A program made the translations under genes and the position numbers. DNA of 64,000 nt. Source: an uncultured virus (IMG/VR IMGVR_UViG_3300035701_006463). Taxonomy: Duplodnaviria > Heunggongvirae > Uroviricota > Caudoviricetes. Position 1 is the first letter of the stretch. Each line of letters opens with the position of its first letter. Below the pieces are notes generated by a model, which did no database searches, was not told the DNA's origin, and saw only the letters and a program-made list of their open reading frames with translations. Below are positions 48,734-58,540 of the stretch, piece by piece. The stretch lies in the IMG/VR virus record IMGVR_UViG_3300035701_006463. One strand, written 5' to 3'.

Positions 48734-51033
48734 TACTTGATCACCTCATATTCTGCTTCTACTAGCTTAGCCTTCTCCATATCTAATTTGATATCTGGTA
48801 GAGCTGGTACACTCGGTTGTTTCTCATCTGGAATGTTCGGATTCAATTGCTCTAAGTAGGTACAGATTATTCGTATGCCTCGTATGTATCCCAGATAATC
48901 ATTCCACCTCTCTTTACCTAGGACGCGCATTGTTTCTATTCCCCACTTTAGTACATTATAGAATGTCCTTTCAATGTTATTAGCGTAAACCTCATCCAGT
49001 CCGAGCGGTTCCTCCCTTCCCGTTGGAGTTCGTGGTCCAACCTCTTCACCGTTTAGTACTCTCTGTATCACTTTTTCTGCTCGTTGTCCATCCACTGTAT
49101 AATCTCTAAGATATTCTAATATTTCGAGTTGCTTTTCTATACCGCTGACCTTAGCTAGCCGTATAATTGTTTTATATCCTATTTCGTAATTTTCATCCAA
49201 GATTGTATTTCTCACAATGCTATCCATCCTTGACAATACAAGAACTAGTGATTTAACCGATTTTGGTGACCAGTGCTGCTGTTGAGCCTTACCCTTTAGC
49301 AGTAGGCGCTCGTTTTCTACTAGTCCCTCTGTAGCATTGTGGAGTAGGATTGCTTCTGTTTCTTCTGGATTGTTTATTGCATTCTCTCCACCCGCGACTC
49401 TACCCTCGTCAAAAGTAGCCTTTAAAACATCTTCCCCAGCCCGTTTTAGGGCGATTTCTCTTTGTATTTCATCAGTAAATTCCTTTAAGACTTCTGGCCT
49501 TCCTATATCTTTAGTCTTGGTCAGTTGTTCTAGTTTACTTCTAAATTCTTTAAGTTTGACTCCGTCTATACTTTCTTTCTCAGCTTTAATAATCTCCTTC
49601 TCAGCTTCCAATGTATTTTTAGGTGCAACGATAGCAGCTTCTATGTCCGCGAGAAATTGTTTCACATTTTCTTTTATTGTTTTATTTTCTATCAACTCAA
49701 CGAGTCGTTGTCTATAGTCTGATGTATCTAACCCGAGATCTGATGCCTCTCGAATCTTCTTTTCAATGTTTTCCTTAGCTGTTTTGTTACCTCTAATCTT
49801 GTTGATGGTGTCTATGTATTTTTTACATTCACTAATTACCTGTTTAGGGTCTTCAAATAAAAGTGGTTTGAGTCTTTCCACAGCTAACTCCCATTCACGT
49901 ATGAGATTATCACCTATTTTATCCTCTTTAGCTAGGCGAATTTTACCTTCTAAACTATTTCCCTTACCGAACGCATCGAGAAGTGCTTTTTCTGTTTCTG
50001 TTGGTTGTTTTGCCTTTCCCTCTGCTCCTTTATCTGTTTCTCTTTTATCTATGTCCGGTTTGCTTCGTTTTTCCTTCCTATCCTCTATTTCTTTTCTTTC
50101 TTCTTCTGCCTTGGCTGCTCTCTCTTCTTCTCTTTGACGAGCCTTTTTTAGTTCTTCCGCTCTTATTTCATCTGCTTTCTTTATCTCTTCGTCTTCTATT
50201 GTCTTTTGGTATTCTTGAACTCTGTCTCTAAACTTCCCAACAGAATCGAGTCCTTTCTCTGGATCAGATATCTCATCAATGAGATTCTTCATTGTTTCGG
50301 GATGTTGGTATAATCTGGCTGCATATAGTCCATATGAAACTTCTAATCCCCTACGGTCTTTGGGTTCAACAAAATTCAATGTGTCTATAGCATACAACCT
50401 TATTTTTTGTAATAAATCCTCGGGCAGGAATATCATCCTACAATGTTCCCTTACATTTGTGTGACTATGGGGCCTACCCGTTCTCTCACTGAGCTGTCTA
50501 GCTAGTTTGGAGTAGCCGGATGGAGTTGTCCCTCCCACACCACCTGTAGGAGCATCTAAAAGATCTTTTAGATGGTCATACTCCCCGTCCCGTATCTCTT
50601 TGAGTTGTGTGGGGATATATGATTTCTTTTCTTTTCCAGTGACTTCCAAATTTATATCAATTACTCGCCTAGCCCAGTTATACGCCCTATCCACATAGTT
50701 ATGCTCTCGTTTTTGCCCTTCCAAGACATCACGAAGCTCGTCACGCTGATCAAGAGTTTCAATATCTAGGTGATGTCTAATATCAAGTGGATAGCCTATT
50801 TCTTGGATAGCTAACCAACGTCTTTCACCATCCACTATGATGTAGTTAGCGTCAACATGTATAGGCTCTTGTTGCCCAACCTCTTTTATATTTCGAGCTA
50901 GCTCGTTTATATCATCTTTGTTTATCCTCGGTTGACGAGGATCAGGTATGATTCGTAAATGTACATCTTCAGCTCGGACTGTTTCGGATATTATCCTCAT
51001 TCTTTCCTCCTTCCTACTATTCACATCACTCAT
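48733..51033 (-). CDS. ParB/Srx N-terminal domain protein with long coiled coil
   Basis: PRQPR, ELARNIKEVGQQEPI, IVDGERRWLA. Confidence 0.85.
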   Translation of the reverse strand: MSDVNSRKEERMRIISETVRAEDVHLRIIPDPRQPRINKDDINELARNIKEVGQQEPIHVDANYIIVDGERRWLAIQEIGYPLDIRHHLDIETLDQRDELRDVLEGQKREHNYVDRAYNWARRVIDINLEVTGKEKKSYIPTQLKEIRDGEYDHLKDLLDAPTGGVGGTTPSGYSKLARQLSERTGRPHSHTNVREHCRMIFLPEDLLQKIRLYAIDTLNFVEPKDRRGLEVSYGLYAARLYQHPETMKNLIDEISDPEKGLDSVGKFRDRVQEYQKTIEDEEIKKADEIRAEELKKARQREEERAAKAEEERKEIEDRKEKRSKPDIDKRETDKGAEGKAKQPTETEKALLDAFGKGNSLEGKIRLAKEDKIGDNLIREWELAVERLKPLLFEDPKQVISECKKYIDTINKIRGNKTAKENIEKKIREASDLGLDTSDYRQRLVELIENKTIKENVKQFLADIEAAIVAPKNTLEAEKEIIKAEKESIDGVKLKEFRSKLEQLTKTKDIGRPEVLKEFTDEIQREIALKRAGEDVLKATFDEGRVAGGENAINNPEETEAILLHNATEGLVENERLLLKGKAQQQHWSPKSVKSLVLVLSRMDSIVRNTILDENYEIGYKTIIRLAKVSGIEKQLEILEYLRDYTVDGQRAEKVIQRVLNGEEVGPRTPTGREEPLGLDEVYANNIERTFYNVLKWGIETMRVLGKERWNDYLGYIRGIRIICTYLEQLNPNIPDEKQPSVPALPDIKLDMEKAKLVEAEYEVIK

Positions 51034-51218
51034 TTTTCTTTCACCTTTTCACCACTTGTAACCTTATCTTCTGGGGTGAGTTCAGAAGATTCAATTGGTT
51101 GTCTCTTCAATAAGCGACTAATAACATCTTCCATAGATTCACCCAGACGTCGTCTCATATTTAGTTCCCTCCACGTCGATTCATGGATGACTATGGTCGT
51201 AGTTTTTTCTTCACTCAT
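51030..51218 (-). CDS. RHH/antitoxin-like DNA-binding protein
   Basis: TTIVIHESTWRELN...GESMEDVISRLL. Confidence 0.7.
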   Translation of the reverse strand: MSEEKTTTIVIHESTWRELNMRRRLGESMEDVISRLLKRQPIESSELTPEDKVTSGEKVKEK

Positions 51219-51284
51219 AACTTATCAATCCTATATAGATATATGTCAATATATAAATATTTGGAACAGATTGTTTGAAGGCAC

Positions 51285-52428
51285 TCATTTTTCCACCAGC
51301 GGTTTAAATTTATTAAAATCAACACAATCACATAGACCATCACATATCTTTTTTATATATTCGTCCGCAAATCGTGCTCTTTGAACATTCTTTGTCTTCA
51401 TAAACGTTTCTTTAGCTATTTCCTCCAATGAATGGTACCATATATCTTTTTTATCTCCAACATATGAGGGTAAGAAACTTGTGTATCCTCTCGTTAATGC
51501 AAAAAGATTTCGACACGGAAAAACGTACCTGAGGGCTGGATCCAAGTCTAACAAGAACTGCATACTGGGCTCCAGTTTTCCTGACATCGCTTTTTCAAAC
51601 ATTTCTCTTCCCATATATTTTTTCATATTTTCCTCCATTACTTTACCTCTGTTCTTGGTGTCACAATAAAGTAATAATCTCCATTTAGTCCACTCCGTTA
51701 TGTACAACAAATCAATGTCTCGCCCATCGGACAATACAAGACTTCCATCTTTTCTCCTTTCAACACAAAGAATTGGTTGCTCCAGTTATACTCCCTCCTT
51801 ACTATCACCACTGCCCGCAGTTAACAATGATGGATTGAATAATTTTCCGCAGAGTGAACACATCACATCACTATCTATCCGAATTTTTTCTGCAAGTTGT
51901 TTACAGAATGGGCACTCCATGTAGAGCTCGTTGACTTGTTCAGGTGTCAATACACTATCCTCTTCCTCGTTTGGTAGAAACGCACTAGCTACAGCAATCA
52001 TATACTCTGTCTCCTCCAGCCACGTCGGTATTCTCACTTCTTTTCTAGTGGGCATAAGGACCATACATCCCCGACGTTTCATTTATTGTGGTCACTCTCA
52101 ACCACTTCCAAAACAATAACCAGTCACCTGTGCACGTAATTAACTCATACAGCTTCGACTTAACAAAAGTGTTACACTCTTCCTGTGTGTTACATTCTCT
52201 CTTACCGTACTGGTACATTATCCAAGCCGTGAATCTGTTGTACCTATGTAGTGCCTCTAAGGCATTAAGTCCGACATTACCCGTACCGACAATTTCTCTG
52301 GCTCTTTCAAAAAGAGAGCAGTACTGAGCTGCTAGCTCTTTGTTATTCTCACCCACGACCTTGTCGGCTAGGAATCCCTCACCTAATGGATTATCCCTAA
52401 TTTTTATTTCTTCTATTATTTGTGTCAT
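51285..52428 (-). CDS. Three hypothetical proteins (51285..51734, 51786..~52055 Zn-ribbon, 52045..52428)
   Basis: Co-oriented ORFs; CPFC...CSLC in the middle one. Confidence 0.55.
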
Positions 52429-54606
52429 TTAAATACCCATCCTGTATCTGTCCAACAATTCTTGCCTCTTCCCCTCATTCCAGCTACTCACATCGGTGTA
52501 GTAGCCCGTTATTCTACTCCAGTTTTGGACATCTTTGCTCCCGCACGTTGGACAATTATCTAACAACCCACCCGTCGTTGATTGACAATCTCTACACACT
52601 GTCAGGTCCTTCGTGTACGTGAAATACCCTATCTGACTGCCCTGCGCTATCCTCTTCGTCAACTTGTACATCCCCTCCGGGTCCGGATGAGCCTCTCCCA
52701 GCCACGCGTGGAATATATTCCCACCACTCAGTATTGGAAAGAACTTTTGTTCTATGTCCATCTTCGATCCGAACGGAATCTTCGCACCTACATACGTGTG
52801 TGTCCCGTTTGAGTAGTACACAGGTAGGTCTCTCTCACCATCTAGGTCCTTGAGCTTTGTTAAGTCTCCTTTTATAACTTTTTCGGCTTTATCCCTATAC
52901 TCTGGTGACACAAGGTCCTGTATGGCAAACGTCTGAGCCGTGCTCTCCGCTGGCGTCCTAGCTAACGACAACCTCATCCCATTCTGCATCTGCAACCCTT
53001 TCCTGAACTTTTCCATATCCAGCAATAACGTCAACGCTAACCTAACCGAATCTGGGTCTTCATGTAGTTGCTTCCCGGTTACGTGCTGAACCATTTCGTT
53101 TATACCCACAACTCCTATCACATTCACCAACTCACTGAAATCAACGGCTGGAGGTGCTCTCTCCCCCGTCTCCGGATCTCTCGGTTGTTGTGAGGCGAAC
53201 GGTAACAGGTTATTGTTTATTGCAGAATTCATCCACCTACGTTTTATCTTGAACACCTCCACGGCTGTTCTCATATTCTCCTTAGCGAGCTGTAACAACA
53301 TATCATAATCCCCATTGGACCTATACGCCAGTCTCGGCATGTTTATACTCACCACCTGCCAACCGCCCATGCTGAAGTGTTGCCCATCCACAAAGTACAG
53401 TTTTTCCTCAAAATTCGGGTCCGTCTCCGGATTGTTGGTGAACTGATACGCACAGCACTGGTAGCAGCTAATCCCCTTCCCATAGCCCCTATACCCCGGC
53501 AACATATTATCAAAGTACGGTGATCCAAACTTCGCTACTGCTTCGTGGACTAACAACCACAGGTCGTCATACTCCGATTTGAAGAACTCCGGACTCACGT
53601 AGTTCTCCTGTTTCGGGAAATTGAATGGCTTTCCCCACCCGTCGCCCTCCAGTGAGACCTCACAAATAGCGCGGAAGAACTGCTGAACCTCATCTTCATA
53701 ACTTCCGTACGTATCCGGCCCAGTCTTACCATGCATAACTATCGGCACGTTCTTCCATATGTCCGGAACGCCCATCGGTATCTGTAAGTTACTGAATGTT
53801 GGTTGTCCTCCCCTAGCGACGTATGTTTGTGTCAACTCGTAGAACATCATCTGTGCTATTTGTTTTATCTCCTCGTATTTCATCCCCCTTAGGTATGGAG
53901 CCATGAAGACAGTGTAGTTCATATACCCTTGTCCCCCTGCGAAATTCAGCTGAGCAGCGGCTAGTGCTTTTACACTATGTAGTAGAGCCACAGTAGCATG
54001 TTTTGCTGGTTTGGCAACACTACTATGGAACCCAACCCCATCCGCGACAAACCCATACTTGAAGAAGTACCTCAGGTCCCAGTCCTGACAAAACGGTCTG
54101 GTCCCAAAGTACTCTAGCGTATGTATATGTATGTCTCCCTTATGGTGTGCCTCTGCAATTCCTGGAGGCATTAACAGCAGGTACTCTTCCTTGCTCAACT
54201 GGTCGGCCTTCTTCTTATGTGATGTCTCTGGATTGTGTTGTAAATTGGCGTTCTCTTTCGCTTCAAACCCCTTTCCTGTGTCTATCTGGTAAGCGTCATA
54301 AACTGGGGCACCCACTCGAGTTAGGACGTTCCTGTAGATGGCGTATTCCGGTCTCTCGACGGACAACTCCAGTAGGGTGTTGTTGACCATTTCTCTTATC
54401 ATTGGACCACTAACGAATTGTGGGTTAATTTTCCCCAACTGGTTTTCGACCATTGTTGCTATCCTAGCGGCCTGTCTTTTACCTATCGGAGGGATACCAA
54501 ACATTTCTTCTGCTAACTGGGTTTCTTTAGTGAGTTGGTTTACAATTTTATTTTTGTCCCATGGGATAAGGTATCCGTTCGATGACCTAACTCTCGGTAA
54601 ACTCAT
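52429..54606 (-). CDS. nrdD: Anaerobic (class III) ribonucleoside-triphosphate reductase with ATP cone
   Basis: GDIHIH, YQCCAY, TPAEST, CPTCGS, SRITGYY glycyl-radical motif. Confidence 0.96.
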   Translation of the reverse strand: MSLPRVRSSNGYLIPWDKNKIVNQLTKETQLAEEMFGIPPIGKRQAARIATMVENQLGKINPQFVSGPMIREMVNNTLLELSVERPEYAIYRNVLTRVGAPVYDAYQIDTGKGFEAKENANLQHNPETSHKKKADQLSKEEYLLLMPPGIAEAHHKGDIHIHTLEYFGTRPFCQDWDLRYFFKYGFVADGVGFHSSVAKPAKHATVALLHSVKALAAAQLNFAGGQGYMNYTVFMAPYLRGMKYEEIKQIAQMMFYELTQTYVARGGQPTFSNLQIPMGVPDIWKNVPIVMHGKTGPDTYGSYEDEVQQFFRAICEVSLEGDGWGKPFNFPKQENYVSPEFFKSEYDDLWLLVHEAVAKFGSPYFDNMLPGYRGYGKGISCYQCCAYQFTNNPETDPNFEEKLYFVDGQHFSMGGWQVVSINMPRLAYRSNGDYDMLLQLAKENMRTAVEVFKIKRRWMNSAINNNLLPFASQQPRDPETGERAPPAVDFSELVNVIGVVGINEMVQHVTGKQLHEDPDSVRLALTLLLDMEKFRKGLQMQNGMRLSLARTPAESTAQTFAIQDLVSPEYRDKAEKVIKGDLTKLKDLDGERDLPVYYSNGTHTYVGAKIPFGSKMDIEQKFFPILSGGNIFHAWLGEAHPDPEGMYKLTKRIAQGSQIGYFTYTKDLTVCRDCQSTTGGLLDNCPTCGSKDVQNWSRITGYYTDVSSWNEGKRQELLDRYRMGI

Positions 54607-54875
54607 GCTTTCACCTCCTGTTGGCCGTTGTGTAGGAACATCGAGACTTTGCTCTCCGACAACACGTCCTTATCGAACATTCTGTCCGGAGTTAGTGTTT
54701 TCCCGTTCGCCTCCAATATGGGAGGGTCACTGAAAATGTTCATCATTATTAGCTCAACCTGTGTTTCTATATCAATTTTCTTCTCTTCATAAATTATGTT
54801 ACTTTTTTCCAAGTAGTCCTTCAGTTTGTGACAGTTTTTGCATCCTGCCATTGTATATAATATTACTCTACTCAT
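54603..54875 (-). CDS. Glutaredoxin/NrdH-like protein
   Basis: LYTMAGCKNC, PPIL. Confidence 0.85.
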   Translation of the reverse strand: MSRVILYTMAGCKNCHKLKDYLEKSNIIYEEKKIDIETQVELIMMNIFSDPPILEANGKTLTPDRMFDKDVLSESKVSMFLHNGQQEVKA

Positions 54876-54895
54876 TTTTTCAAGCTCCTAGGACT

Positions 54896-54965
54896 CTGGG
54901 GCGGAGAGGAGGAACCAGTTTATCAGTTTTTAGACCTTTTACAGCCTCCTCGGCCGCCTTTCCAG
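54896..54965 (-). ncRNA. BHB/BHL-bounded dual-9-nt-spacer hairpin, copy 5
   Basis: Minus strand CTGG-AAA-GGCGG-CC-GAGGAGG-[CTG TAAAAGGTC TAAAAA CTG ATAAACTGG TT]-CCTCCTC-T-CCGCC-CCAG. Confidence 0.88.
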
Positions 54966-54974
54966 ACCACGATT

Positions 54975-55739
54975 TCACGTCCATAAATGCCAACCCCTGT
55001 CCTGCAATTGACATCGTAACGAGTGTGCACAATAACGGCACGCATCGCCCCTGTGTTTCGGAAATTTATTTGTTCTCTCATATTGTATTAGCGTCTCGAT
55101 TCTGTCCTCCACATATTTATCGTCCAACATCGGCAACCGTAACTCAAGTCCCGTCAACAGAGCAACAAAAATATACTCGTTCACGCGTCTCCCATTACTG
55201 CGTAGCACCATTCTCTCGATATGTCCTTGCACGAACTCTTTTTCTGTGAGGTAGCTTATCCCACCGGTCTTCCAGTTCACTACTGTGCTGTCTGTCTCCC
55301 AGTAGGCGTCAGGTATGGTCACATAGTTGATTCCATGTATTCTGGCACGTATCATCTCTTCGACAACGGTGGGCTTGTATTGTCGCCACGTATTCAACCG
55401 CTTCTTCTCGAATTTTATGAAATTCTCTTCACATTTCTCACGCCTAGATTTCAGCTTGACCATTTTTTCCAGACTAGCGGCTTTCCAGTATCTATCGAGT
55501 ATGCTACTAAACGTACCCTCGATCACCCCACCGTGGGGTGACGGCGAAATCATGCTGTAGTACTCGGCTATCGCTTCGTGGACAGCTGTTCCTGCGTCCG
55601 CATACATCGTATCCATTTCTAACCCCCTCAACCCAGATCTGGTGCACCACCAGCTGTACGGACATGATAGGCCGTGGTTGATCTGAGACGGAGAGTAGTG
55701 GGATGGCAATGAAAACGTCTGGCTCACTATATAAACCAC
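54975..55739 (-). CDS. Cas4/AddB-like PD-(D/E)xK nuclease
   Basis: SPSQI..CPYSW, GTAVHEAI, IPD..VVNWKTG, CRYCAHSLRC. Confidence 0.8.
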   Translation of the reverse strand: MVYIVSQTFSLPSHYSPSQINHGLSCPYSWWCTRSGLRGLEMDTMYADAGTAVHEAIAEYYSMISPSPHGGVIEGTFSSILDRYWKAASLEKMVKLKSRREKCEENFIKFEKKRLNTWRQYKPTVVEEMIRARIHGINYVTIPDAYWETDSTVVNWKTGGISYLTEKEFVQGHIERMVLRSNGRRVNEYIFVALLTGLELRLPMLDDKYVEDRIETLIQYERTNKFPKHRGDACRYCAHSLRCQLQDRGWHLWT

Positions 55740-56266
55740 CCCGCTATCTTGTTTTGTGATTTACCGACCACACATGAAGAGTCCAGACTGAATCCTAACA
55801 TTATATACTGATAAGGTCCCCTACTTGGAACATGTTCACGTTTGCACTCTTGTAAGTCAATATTCAGGTCATGCTCAAATTCCGATGAAAATCGCTCCAT
55901 TAGCACATCCATGACAGTCGGTGGAATTTTGGGCACTATATAGTTGTACATTTTGTTTTTTGTGTCTAACTCAAACATTGGATTGTAGAATTGTAACAAT
56001 AACACGTCTTCAACCATAGATACCACGATGGGTATCTCCCTCTCTTGGTCTCTGTGTTTGTCATGATTCTTTGCTAATTTTTTAAAACCAATATCGCGCA
56101 ACAGTATTTCATAGTTTCTAGACAGACTGAGGAATGCGTTTCGCTTCTTTTCGCCCATTTTTGGTGGGTGTATGCGTAGCATGTTGTCCTTTTGTGGATT
56201 CTTTTCAAAACTCTCTATAACCCTACCATTGATTTCTGTTTGTTTGGTCTTGCGAGTTGTACTCAT
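55727..56266 (-). CDS. Hypothetical protein with C-terminal PIP-like motif
   Basis: Ends QNKIAGWFI. Confidence 0.6.
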   Translation of the reverse strand: MSTTRKTKQTEINGRVIESFEKNPQKDNMLRIHPPKMGEKKRNAFLSLSRNYEILLRDIGFKKLAKNHDKHRDQEREIPIVVSMVEDVLLLQFYNPMFELDTKNKMYNYIVPKIPPTVMDVLMERFSSEFEHDLNIDLQECKREHVPSRGPYQYIMLGFSLDSSCVVGKSQNKIAGWFI

Positions 56267-56267
56267 A

Positions 56268-57251
56268 TTAACTACTACTTCCTAAACCTTTACTCAAAAT
56301 TGGACAAGGAGAAAGGTAGGGTACCAACCAGACAAATGCCAAAAAGGAGATTACCTGAACGATTGGATTCGAGCCCCTATTTGAATTCCCTTCAGCCTCA
56401 CCAAGTTTCTCGAACAGCCTTATCTTTACATCCTTCGATGCCGTCAACGATGGTATAGCTTCATATAACTCCTTGAACGCCACCCTAGAATCATAGTTCC
56501 CCTCCACATACGCCTTTTCAATTGTCGTCTTTGCGTCCTCGAATTTACCAGCTAACGCTTGATTCATTGCTAAAACATACATCCCAACTGATGACTGTAT
56601 GATTGCTATCGACTCCGGTGTGATCGTCTTATTCTCGCCGATCACCTTCTCCAAATCGTTTATAGCAGTCCTCAGGTCGCCGTTGGCCTTCTTTACCAAC
56701 AACTTGATACTATCAATGACCAGCTTCTTTTCCTCTTCCGAATTCGCATGTACTTGAACGCCTTCTGCCCGTATGATCTCGACTATCCTCTTCTCTATCA
56801 CGTCGTCGGGTATGCGTCGGAACCTGAATATTGCACAACGACTCTTTATGGCGTCTAGGAATCGCCACTCATCGTTGCCAGAAAGAATAAAGATCGAGTC
56901 AGTTGTCTCCATTATTCTGCGGAGTGCATGTTGGGCTGGATCTGTCATCATATCTGCTTCGTCTAAAAACAGTATCTGCTTCATTTTGTACTGTGCCTGT
57001 TTCTTGATCTCGTACCTGACATCGTCTATTCCTCTGGCGTCGCTAGCATTGTACTCTAAAATGGGTATGCCAGTGACACTGGAGATGACCAACGCTGCTG
57101 ACGTTTTCCCAACTCCAGCGGGTCCTGAGAATAACATGTGCGGAAGTGTCCACCCACGTTCAATCACCTTTTTTATAGTTTGTATGACCTTTTCTTGCCC
57201 GACAATATCTGCCCAAACTTTTGGGCGGTATTTTTCTACTAGTCTTGTCAA
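56268..57251 (-). CDS. rfcS: Replication factor C small subunit
   Basis: VEKYRP, GPAGVGKT, NASDARG, LDEAD, AQHALRR, SRC, GDLR. Confidence 0.95.
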   Translation of the reverse strand: MTRLVEKYRPKVWADIVGQEKVIQTIKKVIERGWTLPHMLFSGPAGVGKTSAALVISSVTGIPILEYNASDARGIDDVRYEIKKQAQYKMKQILFLDEADMMTDPAQHALRRIMETTDSIFILSGNDEWRFLDAIKSRCAIFRFRRIPDDVIEKRIVEIIRAEGVQVHANSEEEKKLVIDSIKLLVKKANGDLRTAINDLEKVIGENKTITPESIAIIQSSVGMYVLAMNQALAGKFEDAKTTIEKAYVEGNYDSRVAFKELYEAIPSLTASKDVKIRLFEKLGEAEGNSNRGSNPIVQVISFLAFVWLVPYLSPCPILSKGLGSSS

Positions 57252-57673
57252 GGTCTCAACCTCAGAAGTTCTTGCAATGTTAGAATTAGTAGGTCCTTCT
57301 CCATATTGACCAAGAAGACCTTATTTGAAAACTTAACAATCCATGGGTGGTTGATGAGAGTGGCAGGTGTGAAGGATACTATAGGTATTTTTTCCAGTAG
57401 ATGTGCGATTGTCATTTCACATGGTATACCCACAGTTAGGGCTGGGTATGGGAATAAACAAACCATAGCATCGCTTTGATGTATGTTACATATATCCATA
57501 TTGACTACATCAGAATCGGTTGTCCCAGGCGTGGTGTCTTTTATATGTATGCCAACTTTTTCGGCTTCATTGAATGGGTTAATTACTTTATACCCGGCAT
57601 CTTCAAGTAATTGTTGTACGAATTTGCCTCGACTCTTTTCACTGGGAGAGTGAGCGAGATAAATAGTTTTCAT
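57248..57673 (-). CDS. Nucleoside 2-deoxyribosyltransferase-like N-glycosidase
   Basis: IYLAH, VINPF, DICNIHQSD, GIPCE. Confidence 0.7.
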   Translation of the reverse strand: MKTIYLAHSPSEKSRGKFVQQLLEDAGYKVINPFNEAEKVGIHIKDTTPGTTDSDVVNMDICNIHQSDAMVCLFPYPALTVGIPCEMTIAHLLEKIPIVSFTPATLINHPWIVKFSNKVFLVNMEKDLLILTLQELLRLRP

Positions 57674-57683
57674 GTCGATCCTC

Positions 57684-58166
57684 CTATGGATTCTGTTTCA
57701 CACTAATAGAACGCTCGGAGTCCCAATCAAACTTCTCGATCTGATAGAACTTGACGCCTGGTACTTTCTTTCGTATGTCGTTTATAGCGTTTTCACTATC
57801 CTCCCATGCTTTGTACACTTCAATGAACGCGTAACGAAGCGTTTTTGTGCTCTTCGTTGGTGCCACAATTATCTCGGCGTAACTGGTCACGTACACCTCG
57901 TACTGGCTGGGCGTCACGTGGTCTTTAATCCACGTCAAGAAACCGTCCTTATCGGTGAAAGTTATTCTCGGCATTCATATCACCTCCGTGTGGTTGTCTT
58001 TTTCTCTTTGATATTGTGTCAGTTTCTCCAGCAACTCGTCAAAAAGTTCGTTGGGGAGGCACAGTGACACAAAATTGATGTTGAGGTAAGTGAACTCCTC
58101 ATCGGACCACGCACTCACATAGATTCCGTCTGATAACTCGAAATTAAAAAGATCTTTGAACGTCAT
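57684..58166 (-). CDS. Two small hypothetical proteins (57684..57974, 57975..58166)
   Basis: Coupled ORFs with GGAGGTGA RBS. Confidence 0.55.
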
Positions 58167-58168
58167 GT

Positions 58169-58540
58169 TTACACGTCCTCGTTTATGATCATCTGTGCTG
58201 TGTTAATGTCACCTTCTTGTAGACATATTCTAGCCAGTAATAACTGTAGATTCTGTTTCACGTTACTAACACGGTTTGGATTGTAGAGTAGGACTAGGTC
58301 GGGAGCCACTGAAAAGTGTATTTCCTTGTCTTCAATTTGTAGATTCTGTATAATTACATCAGGTATATGTGAGGAGTTTGTTCGAGGAGAGAGGTATAAC
58401 GTGTACGGTTTTCTATCCCTTCTGTTTAAAGCATGTAATTCGGCGTGATGTTTTCGACATAGAATCTGTTTGATTTCTGGATCGTAAGATATGTGATGTT
58501 CGAGTAGGTTCATGGTAGATCCACAAACTTCACAACTCAT
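58169..58540 (-). CDS. HNH-like Zn domain fused to AbrB-like domain
   Basis: CEVCG..LEHHISY...LCRKHH; SSHIP...LLYNP. Confidence 0.6.
   Translation of the reverse strand: MSCEVCGSTMNLLEHHISYDPEIKQILCRKHHAELHALNRRDRKPYTLYLSPRTNSSHIPDVIIQNLQIEDKEIHFSVAPDLVLLYNPNRVSNVKQNLQLLLARICLQEGDINTAQMIINEDV

Noticed and set aside
54882..54986. Apparent peptide family GKxAEEA...PPxRPR in short ORFs at ~54.9 kb, 9.85 kb, 17.2 kb and 0.7 kb
   Set aside because: It is the translation of the conserved RNA hairpin; compensatory base changes point to RNA-level selection.
54975..55739. CRISPR-Cas locus suggested by the Cas4-like gene
   Set aside because: No repeat-spacer array and no other cas genes; solo Cas4-like nucleases are common in archaeal viruses.
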